Of a DNA stretch of 64,000 nt, positions 26,341 to 39,670 are shown in pieces. This DNA comes from Octopus sinensis. Lineage: Eukaryota. The notes beneath the pieces are model-generated. The model had not been told where the DNA came from and ran no database searches. It saw nothing but the letters and a program-made list of their open reading frames with translations. Location: NCBI RefSeq assembly GCF_006345805.1, contig NC_043007.1, positions 1,054,001 to 1,118,000 of the forward strand. Reading direction: 5' to 3'. The first letter of the stretch is position 1. Every line of letters begins with the position of its first letter. Both the position numbers and the translations under genes were made by a program.

Positions 26341-28490
26341 ATATATACGGTGGAGGAAGTCAAGTCGAACGCTTCAGATGGGACTTTCCATCAGGTAGAT
26401 GACTTTTACTGAATATCTATCATTAACCACCGGAACTCTGACGCAGGAGTCTATCAGAAACGTTAGTTTCTCTTCTTTCTCACAGCAAAATAATAGATTC
26501 CATTTTAGAAAAAACTGTAAATTTAGGACGGAGAGGACCCTCTAACGCCATACAAACGATAATCTTGCAACAAATACGAACTGCAACGTTCTGTTCTCCC
26601 AATCTTTCCACCTCTTCTGCCGTTATTACAGCGGTCTCACTACTTCGGAGATAGCTGATCACGTGCCACTTCCGTTTAGGTCCACCCGACTCTCGTCACG
26701 CGTAGTGGCCATTTCCACTCCACCCAGTCATTCCTCCTAGTGGTGGAACGTGTTTTCTTTTTCTTTTTTTAGTAGTCTTACGCGGTGAACATGACACGCT
26801 TTTGAACTTGTAGAAAGCACACACAGGTTTTACTTCCATACCTGAAATTTCTTCTCTAACTCTACTTCAGATTAAACTATAAGAACAAGATCATCAGCAC
26901 ATAAAGAGTTCTCACAGACAGGTGGTAACAACTCAGCTGTGATGGCCTGTACGACTACGATGAAGGTAGGGGAGAGAGAGGAGAAAGAAGGACCAAGCCT
27001 CGATGGACCCCTACCTTCAGGCTAAAATTCATCGCTGACCTAATTGCTAACTGCCAAGTGTAGTCCGCATACCCTGTGCTACGTCACTGCTACTTGCTCT
27101 CGAAAACGCCTCTTCGCTTGAATACCCTCCCTCTTCACGTTTTTCGTGAAGCTGTCAAATGTCCACTGAAGGAGAACGGCAACCACATCGATCATAATGG
27201 TCTCGGAGGAAAGGGTTGAGGGTTTGCGAAGGTCTCGAGAACAGCTCTTTCCTCCAAGGTGAAAGACAGCAGGGACAAACGAAAGGTAGATTAACAAGTT
27301 ATCCGAAACAGTTAAAAGCAATACAGCTTTTAGTTAAGCAAAATACATCCAACGAGTCCCACTTAATTCAAAAGGACAGCTGAATGATTTGGGGTTGATT
27401 TGACCCTTTAAGGAGTCTAACGGCAGTTAGATGCTTCCTCGTTGACATAGTTGGAATCCCGCAGAATTTCAGAGTAAGCACGCACACCCGTAACGGGTGG
27501 TTATTCCGAAAATCCGCCTGGTAAATTAATTACTAGCTAGCTTAGAATGAACAGGAGTGGTTGTTGTAGCAGCAGAAGCCATTCCAGTCGGCAAAAACTA
27601 ACAGCGTGACGAAGAGCAAAGCTTTGAAAATTAGCCGGTTTGACTATCGATTCTCAACCGGAATTTCTTCAAGGCATGGCCATAAAAGCATACAAGACTG
27701 CTATCGAATCAGTAGAATACTAGATAATAGGTATCGAAAATACATTATAATTGAGATGATCTTGATAAAATAGGGTCTACAGCTTAAACATTGCTTTACA
27801 GTACTTATTTTGGCGGAGTTCTGGAACAGCTATCACTACCTGACAAGAGTAAGAAATTGGGTGGGTTTTTTTCTTTTCTTTTTCTGTAGTGTTCCTGTGC
27901 TTCGTACAACGGGAACTGCTTGTAGTTCTGAAAGACTTCTTTTCGCCCAAAATGTTCAAATTTTACTCCCGAATACTGATAGCTATACCAACAGTCCACC
28001 CCCATTTCTGTCCTACGAATCCCAACCGTGATAAAAATCAATTCTAGTAACAAAATGTTCGATTCCTTCAACTATACACCGCCACTTCACAAAACCACAA
28101 AATTGTCAAATGTGCTCACTCATCAATTTCCACTGACGGTACCCCCACTACCCTGCCACTAACAAGAAGAAAAAAAAGCCACACATTTTTACCACATGTT
28201 ATTTCATAACTAACATTAGGAGCTTAAACTTTTCTTGGGGACATCTTTGTCTCTTTTAAAAAGTACAACTATCATTAAAATGTCCATTTTTTTATAGCTA
28301 TTTCGAATTCATTTAAATTCATTCATCACCGATTGATTAAACCCTGTTGACAGGAACACAATTGGAAGATCAAATAGCATACACGGAATTGGAAACCGGA
28401 TCGTTGAATTTGTCTCACCGGTAACTCAAATTCGCACGAATTCATTGCTTAAGGTGTCAGTTCATCATTTGAACTGAAGGGAAAAATACC

Positions 28491-28651
28491 TATTTCTTTA
28501 CTACTCACAAGGGGATAAACACAGAGGGGACAAACAAGGACAGACAAACGGGTCAAGTCGATTATATCGACCCCACTGCGTAACTGGTACTTATTTAATC
28601 GACCCCGAAAAGATGAAAGGCAAAGTCGACCTCGGCGGGATTTGAACTCAG
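28491..28651 (-). mobile_element. 5'-truncated SINE family B
   Basis: Near-identical to 26051-26200; degenerate TSD ACTGAAGGGAAAAATACC / ACTGACGGGAAAAAATATC. Confidence 0.88.
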
Positions 28652-31600
28652 ACTGACGGGAAAAAATATCATCATTGGAGACTGATACAAAACGTAAAAA
28701 AAGACAAAAAAAAAAAATGTATCTAGGAAGAAAGACGAAAAGGAATTATAGCTACATAAGTGTGTTACACCCAATTTTTATAATACAGTAGTTTGTCTGC
28801 CAACAATTTTCTCATGTTAATGAGACAAGCGTGATCGCCAGGTATGCGGAGCATGCGATAAAAAGCTTTGTTTCTGCAGTTGCTGAAAAACCTTTGATTA
28901 ATAAAAAGAAGAGGGAAAATTTCTCATGGGTGAAAAAAGAATATAATGAAATAAAGACGAAAAAAGAACTAAAAGACAGTAAGAAAAATCAACAGAACGG
29001 TAAAATAGAGGAGCAGTTTTGACTCAGATATATGGTGAGTTAAGATGAGAGCTACCAAGAAACTCCCCAAATGTCAGTCATTATTACATAGCTAAGGATA
29101 TACCGCATATATATATATAATATATAATTATACCCTTACAATATAAACGCCTTTTAAAATGAACCAACCCGGCTTGCTAGAAATAACAGCTAAGCACACT
29201 TTGAACAAGACTCGGTGATCCGGTTTCCAGTGCCATTTATGTCATTTTGAGTTACTGGGTCGTCCCCGTGTTCTGTCCCCGATTCTTTCGTGTCAGTAAA
29301 GCTAAAACATCCAAGATGAATGCAACTAAATTCGAATTAGCAATGAAACAGAAAATGGATATTTGATGATGATGATGATGAATGTTGTGCGGATGAAAAG
29401 GGGGCAAAGATGACCCTAAGGAAAGTTTAAACCCAAAATAGCTTGTCACGAAACAGCATATGGCGATTAGCGTTTATTGATGTTAAACTATAATGGGATA
29501 AAACAACTTTGACTGGACGCCTTTTTACATCTTTACAAAGAAATAAAATAAAAAAAAAAGGAAGGATACTCTAGGATACAATGTAGTCAAAGACACCCAT
29601 CCCACCACTAAAAGACAGGATGGTCAAGACTAGAATGCCTTTGGCCGTAGAACTGCTTAATGATCGTTGACCTGGCGTTAAACAACAACCGTTTTTAAAA
29701 GGACTATTGAAAAGCTACGCAGGATGGGACCAGAATCTGCTGCATAATATAGTAGTAGTTTAATATTAAAGATATAGAAAGAGGCACGAAGACAGCGGCA
29801 AGAAATTATTGAAGCCAATTTGCCTTAAATGTCAATGAACAATTAAAGAGAGCAAAAAATTAAAGACTGTTTACGCAGGAAAATGAGTGGATTTGTTTTT
29901 TTTAGTTTTCCTTTCGTTTTATTTCATCAGAGAGATAGAGAAAATATGAGAAACCGGGCCTAGAGCAGCCTAGTCTCTGCCATCATCATCATCAACGCCT
30001 GTCGTGTGTGATTATATATATATACACACACATATATAATGTTCTCTTAACCCCCTATCAGTTGGGGGAAAAGATGCTATCAGTTGGATTATAAGGGACT
30101 TGCTGCAATCAGATAAGTGTTAATACTTGGAGGAGATTAAGGATTTTTCTAAACCGATAGCAATTACGAACGAAGCCTTACTGTTGTATCAGCAGAAAAT
30201 GTTCACTGAGAGAGACAGGCAATAAATAGCCCCAACAATAGAAGAGCTGTTTTGTCTTTCGTTCAGTGAGCAACGAGAAAGGATTGGATTAAAATTCAAT
30301 CAGAAATTAAGTCAGAGAGTGAGGCATGAAAAAACACCATGCTACGACCAACGAGTGCTCGACCGGCCACAAATAGCAAGCGAATCTCTTGGTGGTATCG
30401 TGTTCTGGATACATTATGTAATGTATTATAAACACCCACCCCACTCGCCAGACATGATGGTCACAGCTGGAATGCTTTTTTGATCAATAGGGTTTGCACA
30501 GTCAGAGTTGTTCCGGAGCTAAATAACAGCCACTATAGCAACATCGAGTGATCGACTCTTACGATTTAAAAATGCAAAAGGATGGAGAGTATTTTGGACA
30601 AGGATGCCTCTTTTCATATTGGGGAGTGAAGTTGTTGACTAACCCATTGCACTCGCCGGTACAGTGGCAGCTCAGAAAAACCGATTATATTCGATAATTA
30701 TATTAAATTACTCTAAAAATATAAAATTACATGTGCGGCAATGTTTTTAAATTTAACTATAAAAAGATATTTTTAAAGGGTTTGAATATTTAATGAATGA
30801 AAAGTAACATAGATAATTACTCGCTATTTCTAATTAGCTATTATCCAAACAAGCTGATCAATACCGAAGACTTGGTAGATCGAATTAATGTATGCATTAG
30901 GTGAACATGTTCCTTCGGGAGAGATACAATAACCTGTATGTGCAAGGTAGATTAACATTTTTGATTTAAAAGGAATTATTATAATTTTAAAAACATTAAC
31001 AAGCGCGAACGAAGTCCAAAAGCGTGAGAACGAATATCAAAGAAAAAGAAAGAAAAAAAATGATCGCATGAACAATAGGATAAAAAGATGAGTAATATGA
31101 ATTGTTAATATGAAGCGAAGCAACAGAGAAATAGGAGCCGGTGACGAAGTTGACAAAATGACGATCCCTTCCTTAAACTACTGGCAGATGAGAAGCTAAA
31201 AAATATTAAATAAAATAACCACAATAAAAGCGGCAAAGCCGGCGACAAAAGGAACTCATCTACAACCACCATCACCATCACCACTATGGATCAAGCTTTC
31301 TTTTTACTCTAACTCTACTGCTACCATCATTGTCTCACGTAAGAAGAACGATAAAACAGTTGTGTTCCTTCCTTTTTTTTTTTAAAGAAAAAGTAGGGAT
31401 GCTAAAAAAAATAAAATATAAATAATAAATTAAATTTTCTGATTTCTTTGAAAGTGTAATTATATACTTTGTAATCTTCGTTATTGTATTATTTTTCCTC
31501 GACATTCTACTTGGGTATTTGTCATAAGCGATGAAAACAGAAGGGAACGGGGTATGAATGGTTGAATCGGATCAAAGTGCAGGCTTTAAAATAAATAACA

Positions 31601-32279
31601 TTGAAACGATGTGGTTAGTATTAACGTCTGGGAGAACGGGCGTAGAAGACAGCTTTTCACAAACTGTCACAGCCAGAACATTGAAGTAATTACTATACAA
31701 TGACTCGAAAAAATGTAGATAAATACCCCTATCTCTGGCTTTCACACGCAGATATTTCATTAACTTAATTAAGCTACAGCATTGTGTAGATAAATATAAT
31801 TAATTGTGCGTATGTGTAGCGGTGACATTGGGAAATATAATTAAACTCGTTGTTGAAAAAATATAAAAAGGGCAGTTTTATATAGTAAAGCAAGGTGGTA
31901 AAAGAACGAGTGTGTATAGGGGGAAGAAGATGAGTTTTAAAACACAAATAATATATGCAAATCAGCACAGCCCTTCCACATATATAAAATCTGTTTGTTG
32001 CAGAGAGGTACAATAGTTGGGATCGTTACAGTATCATCCCCTGTTCCTATATGTAGTTTTCGACCCCCACTTTTTTTGTTTTTGGTAAAACGAAATGAAG
32101 GAAAACAATAGCTGCAGCAACTAGAATGGGACTTGATCAGATTTAGGGAAAGAATATATTGATTAGATTTTAAATAAATTATAAAATAAACCAATCCCCT
32201 AAATCAGCAATACTGTACCTAATTAAGTAGAGAGTAATTTTAAAGTAAAAATTTAAAAGCTACTAGGAAATACATGAGC

Positions 32280-32700
32280 AGATTATATATATATATTATA
32301 TATATATATATACACACATGTACATCTATCTACCTACATGTACATGCATACACACATGTACATCTTATGATATATACAGGCACATGTATATATATCTATA
32401 GATATAAATATATATATATACACATGCATATATACCAATAGATATACACACTTGTATACCTACCAATATATATACACACTTGTATACCTACCAATATATA
32501 TACACACACACACACATGTATACCTACCAATATATATATATATATACACACACGTATACCTACCAATATACACACGTGTATATCCACCAATATATTACAC
32601 ACACATGTATATCCATCAATATATACATATACACACATGTATAGCCTTTAATATATACATACATATAGACATGCATATCCACCAGTATATACATAGTTTA
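32280..32700. repeat. Minisatellite with TATACCTACCAATATATATACACAC-type units
   Basis: Directly visible. Confidence 0.9.
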
Positions 32701-33039
32701 AGATTTAGTGATGGACAACATACACAAGATATTATAGATAGATATATGTATATGTGTATAGAGTGTTATGGATTCTTATTGCTTCACTCGGCAGTCGTTG
32801 TTGTGTTGTCTGTTCTTTTTAAAACGATTATCAATTGAAGCGGCAACAAAAATAACAAACGAACGTTTAGAAGTGAACTAGAAACGATGAAGACCGACAG
32901 AAAGACTGAATTAAAGACAGAACCAAAGAAAACCGGGATAGAAAAAAAATAATTAAAAAAGGGGGGAATTAAAGCGGAGAAGTGTTAATAAGTAAATGAC
33001 AAGGCCAAACTTACTGTATTGAAAACCTCTTGTATGTCT

Positions 33040-33262
33040 TCTCTCTGGTCGGCAGTTAGGGTAACAGATCGCCGGGAGTTGATATCGGCCATGATTATTA
33101 TTATCCCGTGTAATTGCGGTCGGTGCGCTGACTGACTGTCAGTCCGTCAGTCCAGCAGTTGGGAGAAGTGCTGAGCGACGTGTCACGCGCTTCACGATAT
33201 CATACAACTCTTTCCTTTTTAGGAAGTTCATTAATATTAATATGTAAAGGAGTGGGCGTGGC
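33040..33262. promoter_or_regulatory. CpG-rich unique segment, candidate promoter or enhancer
   Basis: Locally GC/CpG-rich non-repetitive island with GGGCGTGGC (Sp/KLF-like) at about 33254; no transcript evidence. Confidence 0.3.
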
Positions 33263-35189
33263 TAATGTTGAAAGCGATTGAAAGCGTAAGAGAAAGACAG
33301 AGATAATAGAGAAAGAGACAGAGATAATAGAAAGATAGAGAGAGAGAGACGGAGGGAGGGAGAGAGAGTGAGTGAAAAAGACAACACAAAGCGATTACAA
33401 AGGAAGATATAGAGTAAATAGAATGAGTATATAAATAGAAAGAGAGAGAGAGAGAGTGAGAGAGGGAGAGTTTGCAAACGATAAAGTGGAGAGAGAGAGA
33501 GAGAGTGAGAGATAAAGAGAGAAGGTAATAATGAAGATAATTAGAAGAACAAAAGGCTGATGTTAATTACCCTGAGATAGATAATTACGGATAATAAAGG
33601 TGGAAGAGAGAGACGAAGAAAGGTGAAGGGGGGGAAGACTGGCAGACGCAAACAGAGAGAGAAAGAAAAAGAAAAGAGCTTTACTACAATATGAATGAGT
33701 GTGTGTGTGTGTGTGTGATTGTTGAAGGAAATGATTACAGTTTACAATTTGTCGCCAATGCATCCGGTAAAATTGTTATCAATTTTTCTTCATTTAAATA
33801 AATAAAAAAAAAATTATCTTTCCGAAACGTGCATAGTAACGAGTCTGGGAATATGCTAATCAGCCGGCGAGAAGCGTAGCCAATGTCACTTCGATTTCTG
33901 CTTCAAAACGATATAACACCAATGACGCTACCAATATTCTTGAGCTTATTATGAACATCAAAACATCGCTTTTCTCCTAAAAAAAAAGCAAAAAAAAAAA
34001 TGAGGTCCCTAGCCTTTTCACATGGAATCAGTTAAGTTGAACGTCGTAATGGTGAAGAAAGTGATCCGCAAAACCGATCAGAGATCGTTTCATTTATATC
34101 ATTGATGTTTCCAGGGCCACCTTAGCAACAGTGTAGGTTCCCGAGCAATTCAATGTATTGGACCCTAATTTTCCCATGATGACAGCCCTGTGAAAATCTA
34201 CACAACACTGCTCATGTTTTCCTTTTTCTTTTTTTTTTTTTTGTCGGGCCTCGAAGAAGGGGCAGTGCCCATAGAGTTTGCAGATCTTCCGAGATTGGTG
34301 TAATTGATGCCATTAATGTCCCTCTCGAACCTTTATAGGTCGATATCTGTGCGAAAGGTATGAACAGAGAAGAGGTTCCAGAGGGCCAATGCTCGGGGTG
34401 GGGGGAACTAGACGTAGTGATTAATGCGGGACGCGAAATATTTTCCCACGAGAGTTCTGGATCCCAGAAATGAACTCATTTGCATACAACCAATCAGAGT
34501 TTACCTTGTCAAGTTAACAAAAACACACTCTACCAAGAACGGTGTTGTAAGTCAATCGATCTCCAAGTTATCCCTGAGTTTAGGAGACAAATAATTAGAT
34601 TTGCATCTGTACCTATTATCGGATTTTTTTTAGGGCCCCGTATGGTAAAGATGTGTATGGGGAAAATGTGATGTGCAAGCAACCCTCTCCCCTTACTGTT
34701 TTACAAAGTAATCAACAACACAAATAACTACGCAGAGGCAGCCATGGTTGAAACAAGAACAAGAACAACAAGCATTTTTAAAAAGAGAAAAGAAGAATAG
34801 TCATTCCTTACCCAAGTGACCTTATCTTATCGCCCATCACTTATGCGCTCATAAATCAGTTTGATAGTTGAGTTGATTGTCTGGCTGTATGCAAATGAGT
34901 TCATAACTGGGGTCCGGAACTCTCGTGGGAAAAATTTCGCGTGCGGGACGTGGTAGAGGGTGAGGACAGAAGAAAGGTGATGAGAGGAGGAGAGTCAAAT
35001 GGTACGGGAGAGCCTGAGTGGAAGAAGCATCAGCCTCGCCAGTTCCAAACAACAAATGTTGTTTTTGTAGAGGTACAAAAAACAAAGAAAGGGGACAACA
35101 CATTGTTTTGCCGAGTTAAATATCTCTTCGACTCATTTTCCATTCTCTTCTGGACCTTCTAAACTGCATTACCCTCCGTTGTTGAAGTA

Positions 35190-35690
35190 ACGTTCTTGTA
35201 CGTCATTTACATGACGATGATATCTCAGGCCTCAAATACTTTTTTCCATCATCGCTTTACACTCGAACCCAGTTCCTCTACACTTCTCTGCTTCGCTGAA
35301 ACCTTCCTTTACGTTAAATTGCTTCTCCTCCGGTAGTGACTTCTTCCAGCAAGTAAGCGGAATAACAATGGGCACCAAGATGGGGCCCAAACACGCCAAA
35401 TCATCTTGTTAATAACGTTGAACTTACATTTCCACTCAGTTTATTAAACCGATCCCTGAGTTATACAACTGTTACATTGATCGTTCTCTCGGTTCCCCAT
35501 CACTCATCAAAGATCAAACGTTTTCCATATCCTTCACCAAGAATTTCTCCATGCACTGGAATTCGCCACCATCTCTCTGATACTTCCACTGGCTTCGCAG
35601 ATACCCCTGTCCTGCTGGATGCCTTCACTTCTCCACATCGTTCTATTACGAATCCAGCAACTTCTTACTCTGACTTTCCTCCCTCTACAG
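35190..35690 (+). pseudogene. Penelope-like element reverse transcriptase relic
   Basis: TLNCFSSGSDFFQQVSGITMGTKMGPKHA matches the PLE G.aMGtkmgP.yAnlf motif, and PELYNCYID matches the y.RYIDD region; frameshifted. Confidence 0.8.
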
Positions 35691-36447
35691 CAGGGGTTCA
35701 CTACTGGGATACATATGGCCCCTAAAGGTCGATATAAGACTTTGGGGTCCACACAGCAAAATAGTAAACTGGGGATGCCCAATAGTATTTTAAGGGCCCC
35801 AGAATAAAATTTGCATTAAATGTATATCTTGATATGTATTGCAAGAAACAGCTGGGTTTCTTTCTCTAACATTTTACATAATTCAACCTACACAAATTAA
35901 TGTGTGAAAAACGAAATAGGAATTTTGTAAGATGTTTCTATCAAACTAGTTTTTAAACTCTGAATGTCTATGGGGGTTCACCAGAATAAAATAGTAATCA
36001 CAGGCGCAGGAGTGGCTGTGTGGTAAGTAGCTTGCTAACCAACCACATGGTTCCGGGTTTAGTCCCACTACGTGGCAACTTGGGCAAGTGTTTTCTACTG
36101 TAGCCTCGGGTCGATCAAAGCCTTGTGAGTGGATTTGGTAGACGGAAACTGAAAGAAGCCCGTCGTATATATTTATATACATATATACGTATGTGTGTCT
36201 ATATGTTTGTGTGTCTGTGTTTGTCCCCCCAACATCGCTTGGCAACCGATGCTGGTGTGTTTACGTCCCCGTAACTTAGCGGTTCGGCAAAAGAGACTGA
36301 TAGAATAAGTACTAGGCTTTCAAAGAATAAGTCCTGGAGGCGATTTACTCGACTAAAGGTGGTGCTCCAGCATGGCCGCAGTCAAATGACTGAAACAAGT
36401 AAAAGAGTAAAGGGATCCATAGATAAAAAAATAGCTGAGAATCCCTA
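35691..36447. mobile_element. hAT (Charlie-like) MITE interrupted by a SINE
   Basis: Ends CAGGGGTTC / GAGAATCCCTA; 8-bp TSD CTCTACAG / CTCTAAAG. Confidence 0.75.
36001..36411 (+). mobile_element. SINE family A, full length, CpG-intact
   Basis: AGGCGCAGGAGTGGCTGTGTGG head through GACTGAAACAAGTAAAAGAGTAA tail. Confidence 0.93.
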
Positions 36448-37021
36448 CTCTAAAGGGTCGGGAGGAAGAAAACCTGTCATTCCCTGTCTCATAATTCTGC
36501 CATTTTGGGGTTTCATAATTCTTCTGTCAATGAAAACAAAAACTTTGGTTTCGTTCCCAAAATCGAACGAAACAAGTATGTTTACTTTTTGTGTGGTTAA
36601 CCTGACATGCCGTTGGTTCTGCCCTCCATCGGCATGCCCTAACATGCCCTGACATGCCGTAGGTTTTGATTTATTAGCCATAATGTCATCAGACTCACGT
36701 CACGCAACCACCCTCGCGCTGTTTGAATGCCCTTCCCCCTCACCGTTCACACACATCCCACCATACACACCGATATGTATGTATGTATGAAAGTGTGTGT
36801 GTGTGTGCGTGCTTGTGTGTACGCGCCCGCAATACCTCCTCTCGTTACGGGATTTTGCGCCCTTGAAAATCTGGTCGCAACATGGACATTCGTAACGCGA
36901 AACCCACTTCTCCATTGGTTTCCACATTAAGAATTGAGATATTTGCCGAGGGTATTTTTTCAGGGGAAAACCCCCATAAAAAGTAGCAAGTAAAACAACA
37001 ACATTTATGCATAAAAATATC

Positions 37022-37143
37022 CGTTTCTGTTCTAGGCACAAGGCCCGAATTTTTTTTTGTCGGGGGAGTGGGGGCAAGTCGATTAGATCGACCCCAGTAC
37101 GTAACTGGTACTTAATTTATCGACTTTGAAAGGAAGAAAGGCA
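37022..37143 (-). mobile_element. SINE family B 3' fragment
   Basis: CTAGGCACAAGGCCCGAA..GATCGACCCCAGTACGTAACTGGTACTTAATTTATCG. Confidence 0.8.
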
Positions 37144-37691
37144 ACGGGTTGGTATGTATAATTAGTAAATGGAAAAGCATGCGAGGAAAAAAGAGTTAAT
37201 TTCGGCCTGTATGTGTGTACACGATCTCATAGTAGTATATATAGAGAGATATGGTAATGTTGCAGAGAAAAGAAAGTGAGTTAATGAAAGTGAGAGTGGT
37301 GGGACGAGACAGCTTCTACGATGGTCAATTCCCTAGTTGTCACTCTGTAAAGTTACCTTAGTTGAAACAGCATTTCGCTTGAGCCTGTCAGTTGCTCTCA
37401 CCAACTGACTTTGGCTTACAGAGTTCTTGTTTTTATAACTATCCAAAATCAGCTAGAAGGATAGACATATTGTTGAAAACAATAGATTTCGTTGGAGGTC
37501 TGTTATCTCTATTCTAGCTTTTGGTGGCCTAGAAGAGGTTAGAAGGGTCAAGTGGTGAAGACATTATTCCGGTTTAGCGAAGGCATCTGCTGTCACAGAA
37601 AATCTACTGTTTTACCACGAGAAAATTGCTGTTAAGTAAAATTTAGCGATCGGGGATCGAATCCACGCTATGCTTGCATGAAGCCACTACA

Positions 37692-37929
37692 CTATCATAG
37701 TAGGTGCATTAGATATGATAAAAAATACATTCAGACAAAACCATCAGGACTAACAAGTATATATATAACATACAAAAAATAGCACTGCTAGGCACCACAG
37801 ACATCCTACGTAAAGCACTTCCAATACAGTGAAAATAAGAGCACCACAACAAACCACAGCACATACTCGAGGCACGCAGAGCTGCGCTCGGTAGTGAAGT
37901 GAAAGCACGCTATAAAAATAAAACTACTG
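37692..37929 (+). mobile_element. R4/Dong-like retrotransposon 3' end (older copy)
   Basis: Homologous to 39364-39609 (IIVGAL..IQKIALLGT..IL plus 3'UTR); followed by (TAA)n. Confidence 0.85.
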
Positions 37930-37930
37930 G

Positions 37931-37999
<69 letters not shown>

Positions 38000-38042
38000 G
38001 AAATAATGGAAATAATAATAATAATAACAACAACAGCAACAA

Positions 38043-38129
<87 letters not shown>

Positions 38130-38130
38130 C
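37931..38130. repeat. (AAT)n-(AGC)n-(AAC)n trinucleotide array
   Basis: Directly visible. Confidence 0.97.
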
Positions 38131-38493
38131 TAGAAGAGCACTCAGGGGGCGCAAACCTCCACCAAAGCAACACCAACGCCCTCCCAACGATTAGCCGGAG
38201 ATGATTTTTAAAATGAGAATATCTGAAATAAACTCGACTGCTCTCATAAAGGAAAATACTAAAAATGAACTCGACCGCTCTCAAAAATTAAGTGAAAAAA
38301 AGAAAAAAACAGGAAAATAATCCAGAATCCTTGTCCGGTACCGGATCAATCCCAAAATCTAATCAGTTCTTCAAACATCCCTGAAAGTTTCATCCAAATC
38401 CATCCAGCTATTCTTGAGATATATCTTGTCCATGGACAAACAAACAAACACAACTGAAAACAATACCTCTGCTTTCGCTAAGGCGAAGGTATA
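38128..38493 (-). mobile_element. HINE/DINE-1-like non-autonomous Helentron-type element
   Basis: Minus strand: 5' ACCTTCGCC with a nearby inverted copy, (GTTT)n, subterminal TTGGTGGAGGT, 3' hairpin GCGCCCCCTGAGTGC, ending CTAGTT. Confidence 0.6.
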
Positions 38494-38499
38494 ATAATA

Positions 38500-38559
<60 letters not shown>

Positions 38560-38561
<2 letters not shown>

Positions 38562-39116
38562 GCCCTGATGAAGATACTAGGCAGCGGCTCTCATGGCTTC
38601 TGATCATAATTGAATGGAAATGTTATCATGTCCATTGTTTTGTCTTGGTATAAAAGATGGGCTACAGCAAATATTCTGCTCAATATCACAGATTTGTTTG
38701 TCAGTTGTTTGATCTTAACCAGTTGAGCATGTCCCTTAGTGGCTGACGATATGTGCATCTCTGATCACGAGCAGAAGTAGTGGGGGAGCATCATAGCCAT
38801 GTGTTGAAAGGAATTCTTAGAGGTTTGGATAATTCACCTTTGGAAACATGGGTGGTTCGTTCAACATCCTTAAACAACCCTTATTCAGGGACCTTTTGAT
38901 AGAGATGGGTTACTTGACCAGAAGAAAATTCTAACTGGGCCCCACCTGCAAGGTCATGTGCTGTTTATCTTGATATGAGATCACCATTTCGCGCACATAT
39001 GGTTGTGATGCATGTGCCAAGTGTACCCTTATCAGACGGGTAGTCATGATGGGTGTACTGGGCTTCGTATATTTTACCCCAGTGTCATTTTGATGGCATG
39101 CACTGTTCTCTCACTC
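38560..39116. mobile_element. Non-coding ~557-bp insert bounded by (TAA)n on both sides
   Basis: Sharp junctions with (TAA)n at both ends; no convincing ORF or TIR. Confidence 0.5.
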
Positions 39117-39176
<60 letters not shown>

Positions 39177-39177
<1 letters not shown>

Positions 39178-39606
39178 GAGAAATTAAGGCCAACAGACCA
39201 GATATTGTTGTCAGAGATCATGAAGAAAAAAAATGCTTTCTAATTGATGTATCAATACCGGCAGATGACAACGTGTCTCTAAAAGAAATGGAGAAACTCT
39301 CAAAATACAAAGACCTGGAAATAGAGGTAACTAGAATGTGGAACCTGAAAACAGAAACAATTCCTATCATAGTAGGTGCATTAGGCATGATAAAAAAATA
39401 TTCAGACAAATACATAACAAAAACACCAGGACTTACAAACACATATAACATACAGAAAATTGCACTACTAGGCACTGCACACATCCTACGCAGAACACTT
39501 TCCATACAATAACCATCAGAGCATCACAACAAATCACAGCACATACCCAAGGCACACAGAGCTGCGCTCGGTAGTGAAGTGAAAGCACGCTATAAAAATA
39601 AAACTA

Positions 39607-39609
<3 letters not shown>
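39177..39609 (+). mobile_element. 5'-truncated R4/Dong-clade non-LTR retrotransposon (RLE endonuclease domain plus 3'UTR) in (TAA)n
   Basis: Open frame NRPDIVV..CFLIDVSIP..EKLSKYKDL..PIIVGALG (PD..D and KxxKY RLE motifs), stop at 39512; (TAA)n on both sides. Confidence 0.9.

Positions 39610-39670
<61 letters not shown>

Noticed and set aside
26432-26470. Hammerhead-like AACT CTGACGC..GAAACGTT AGTT
   Set aside because: A9 is altered and stem II does not pair; possibly a decayed PLE ribozyme but not supportable.
31572-31760. 62-aa ATG-initiated ORF in unique sequence
   Set aside because: No recognisable motif; the length is expected by chance.
39012-39176. N-terminal part of the 166-aa ORF with poly-Asn
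   Set aside because: Chance read-through from the upstream insert across (AAT)n into the truncated RLE domain; not a real gene start.
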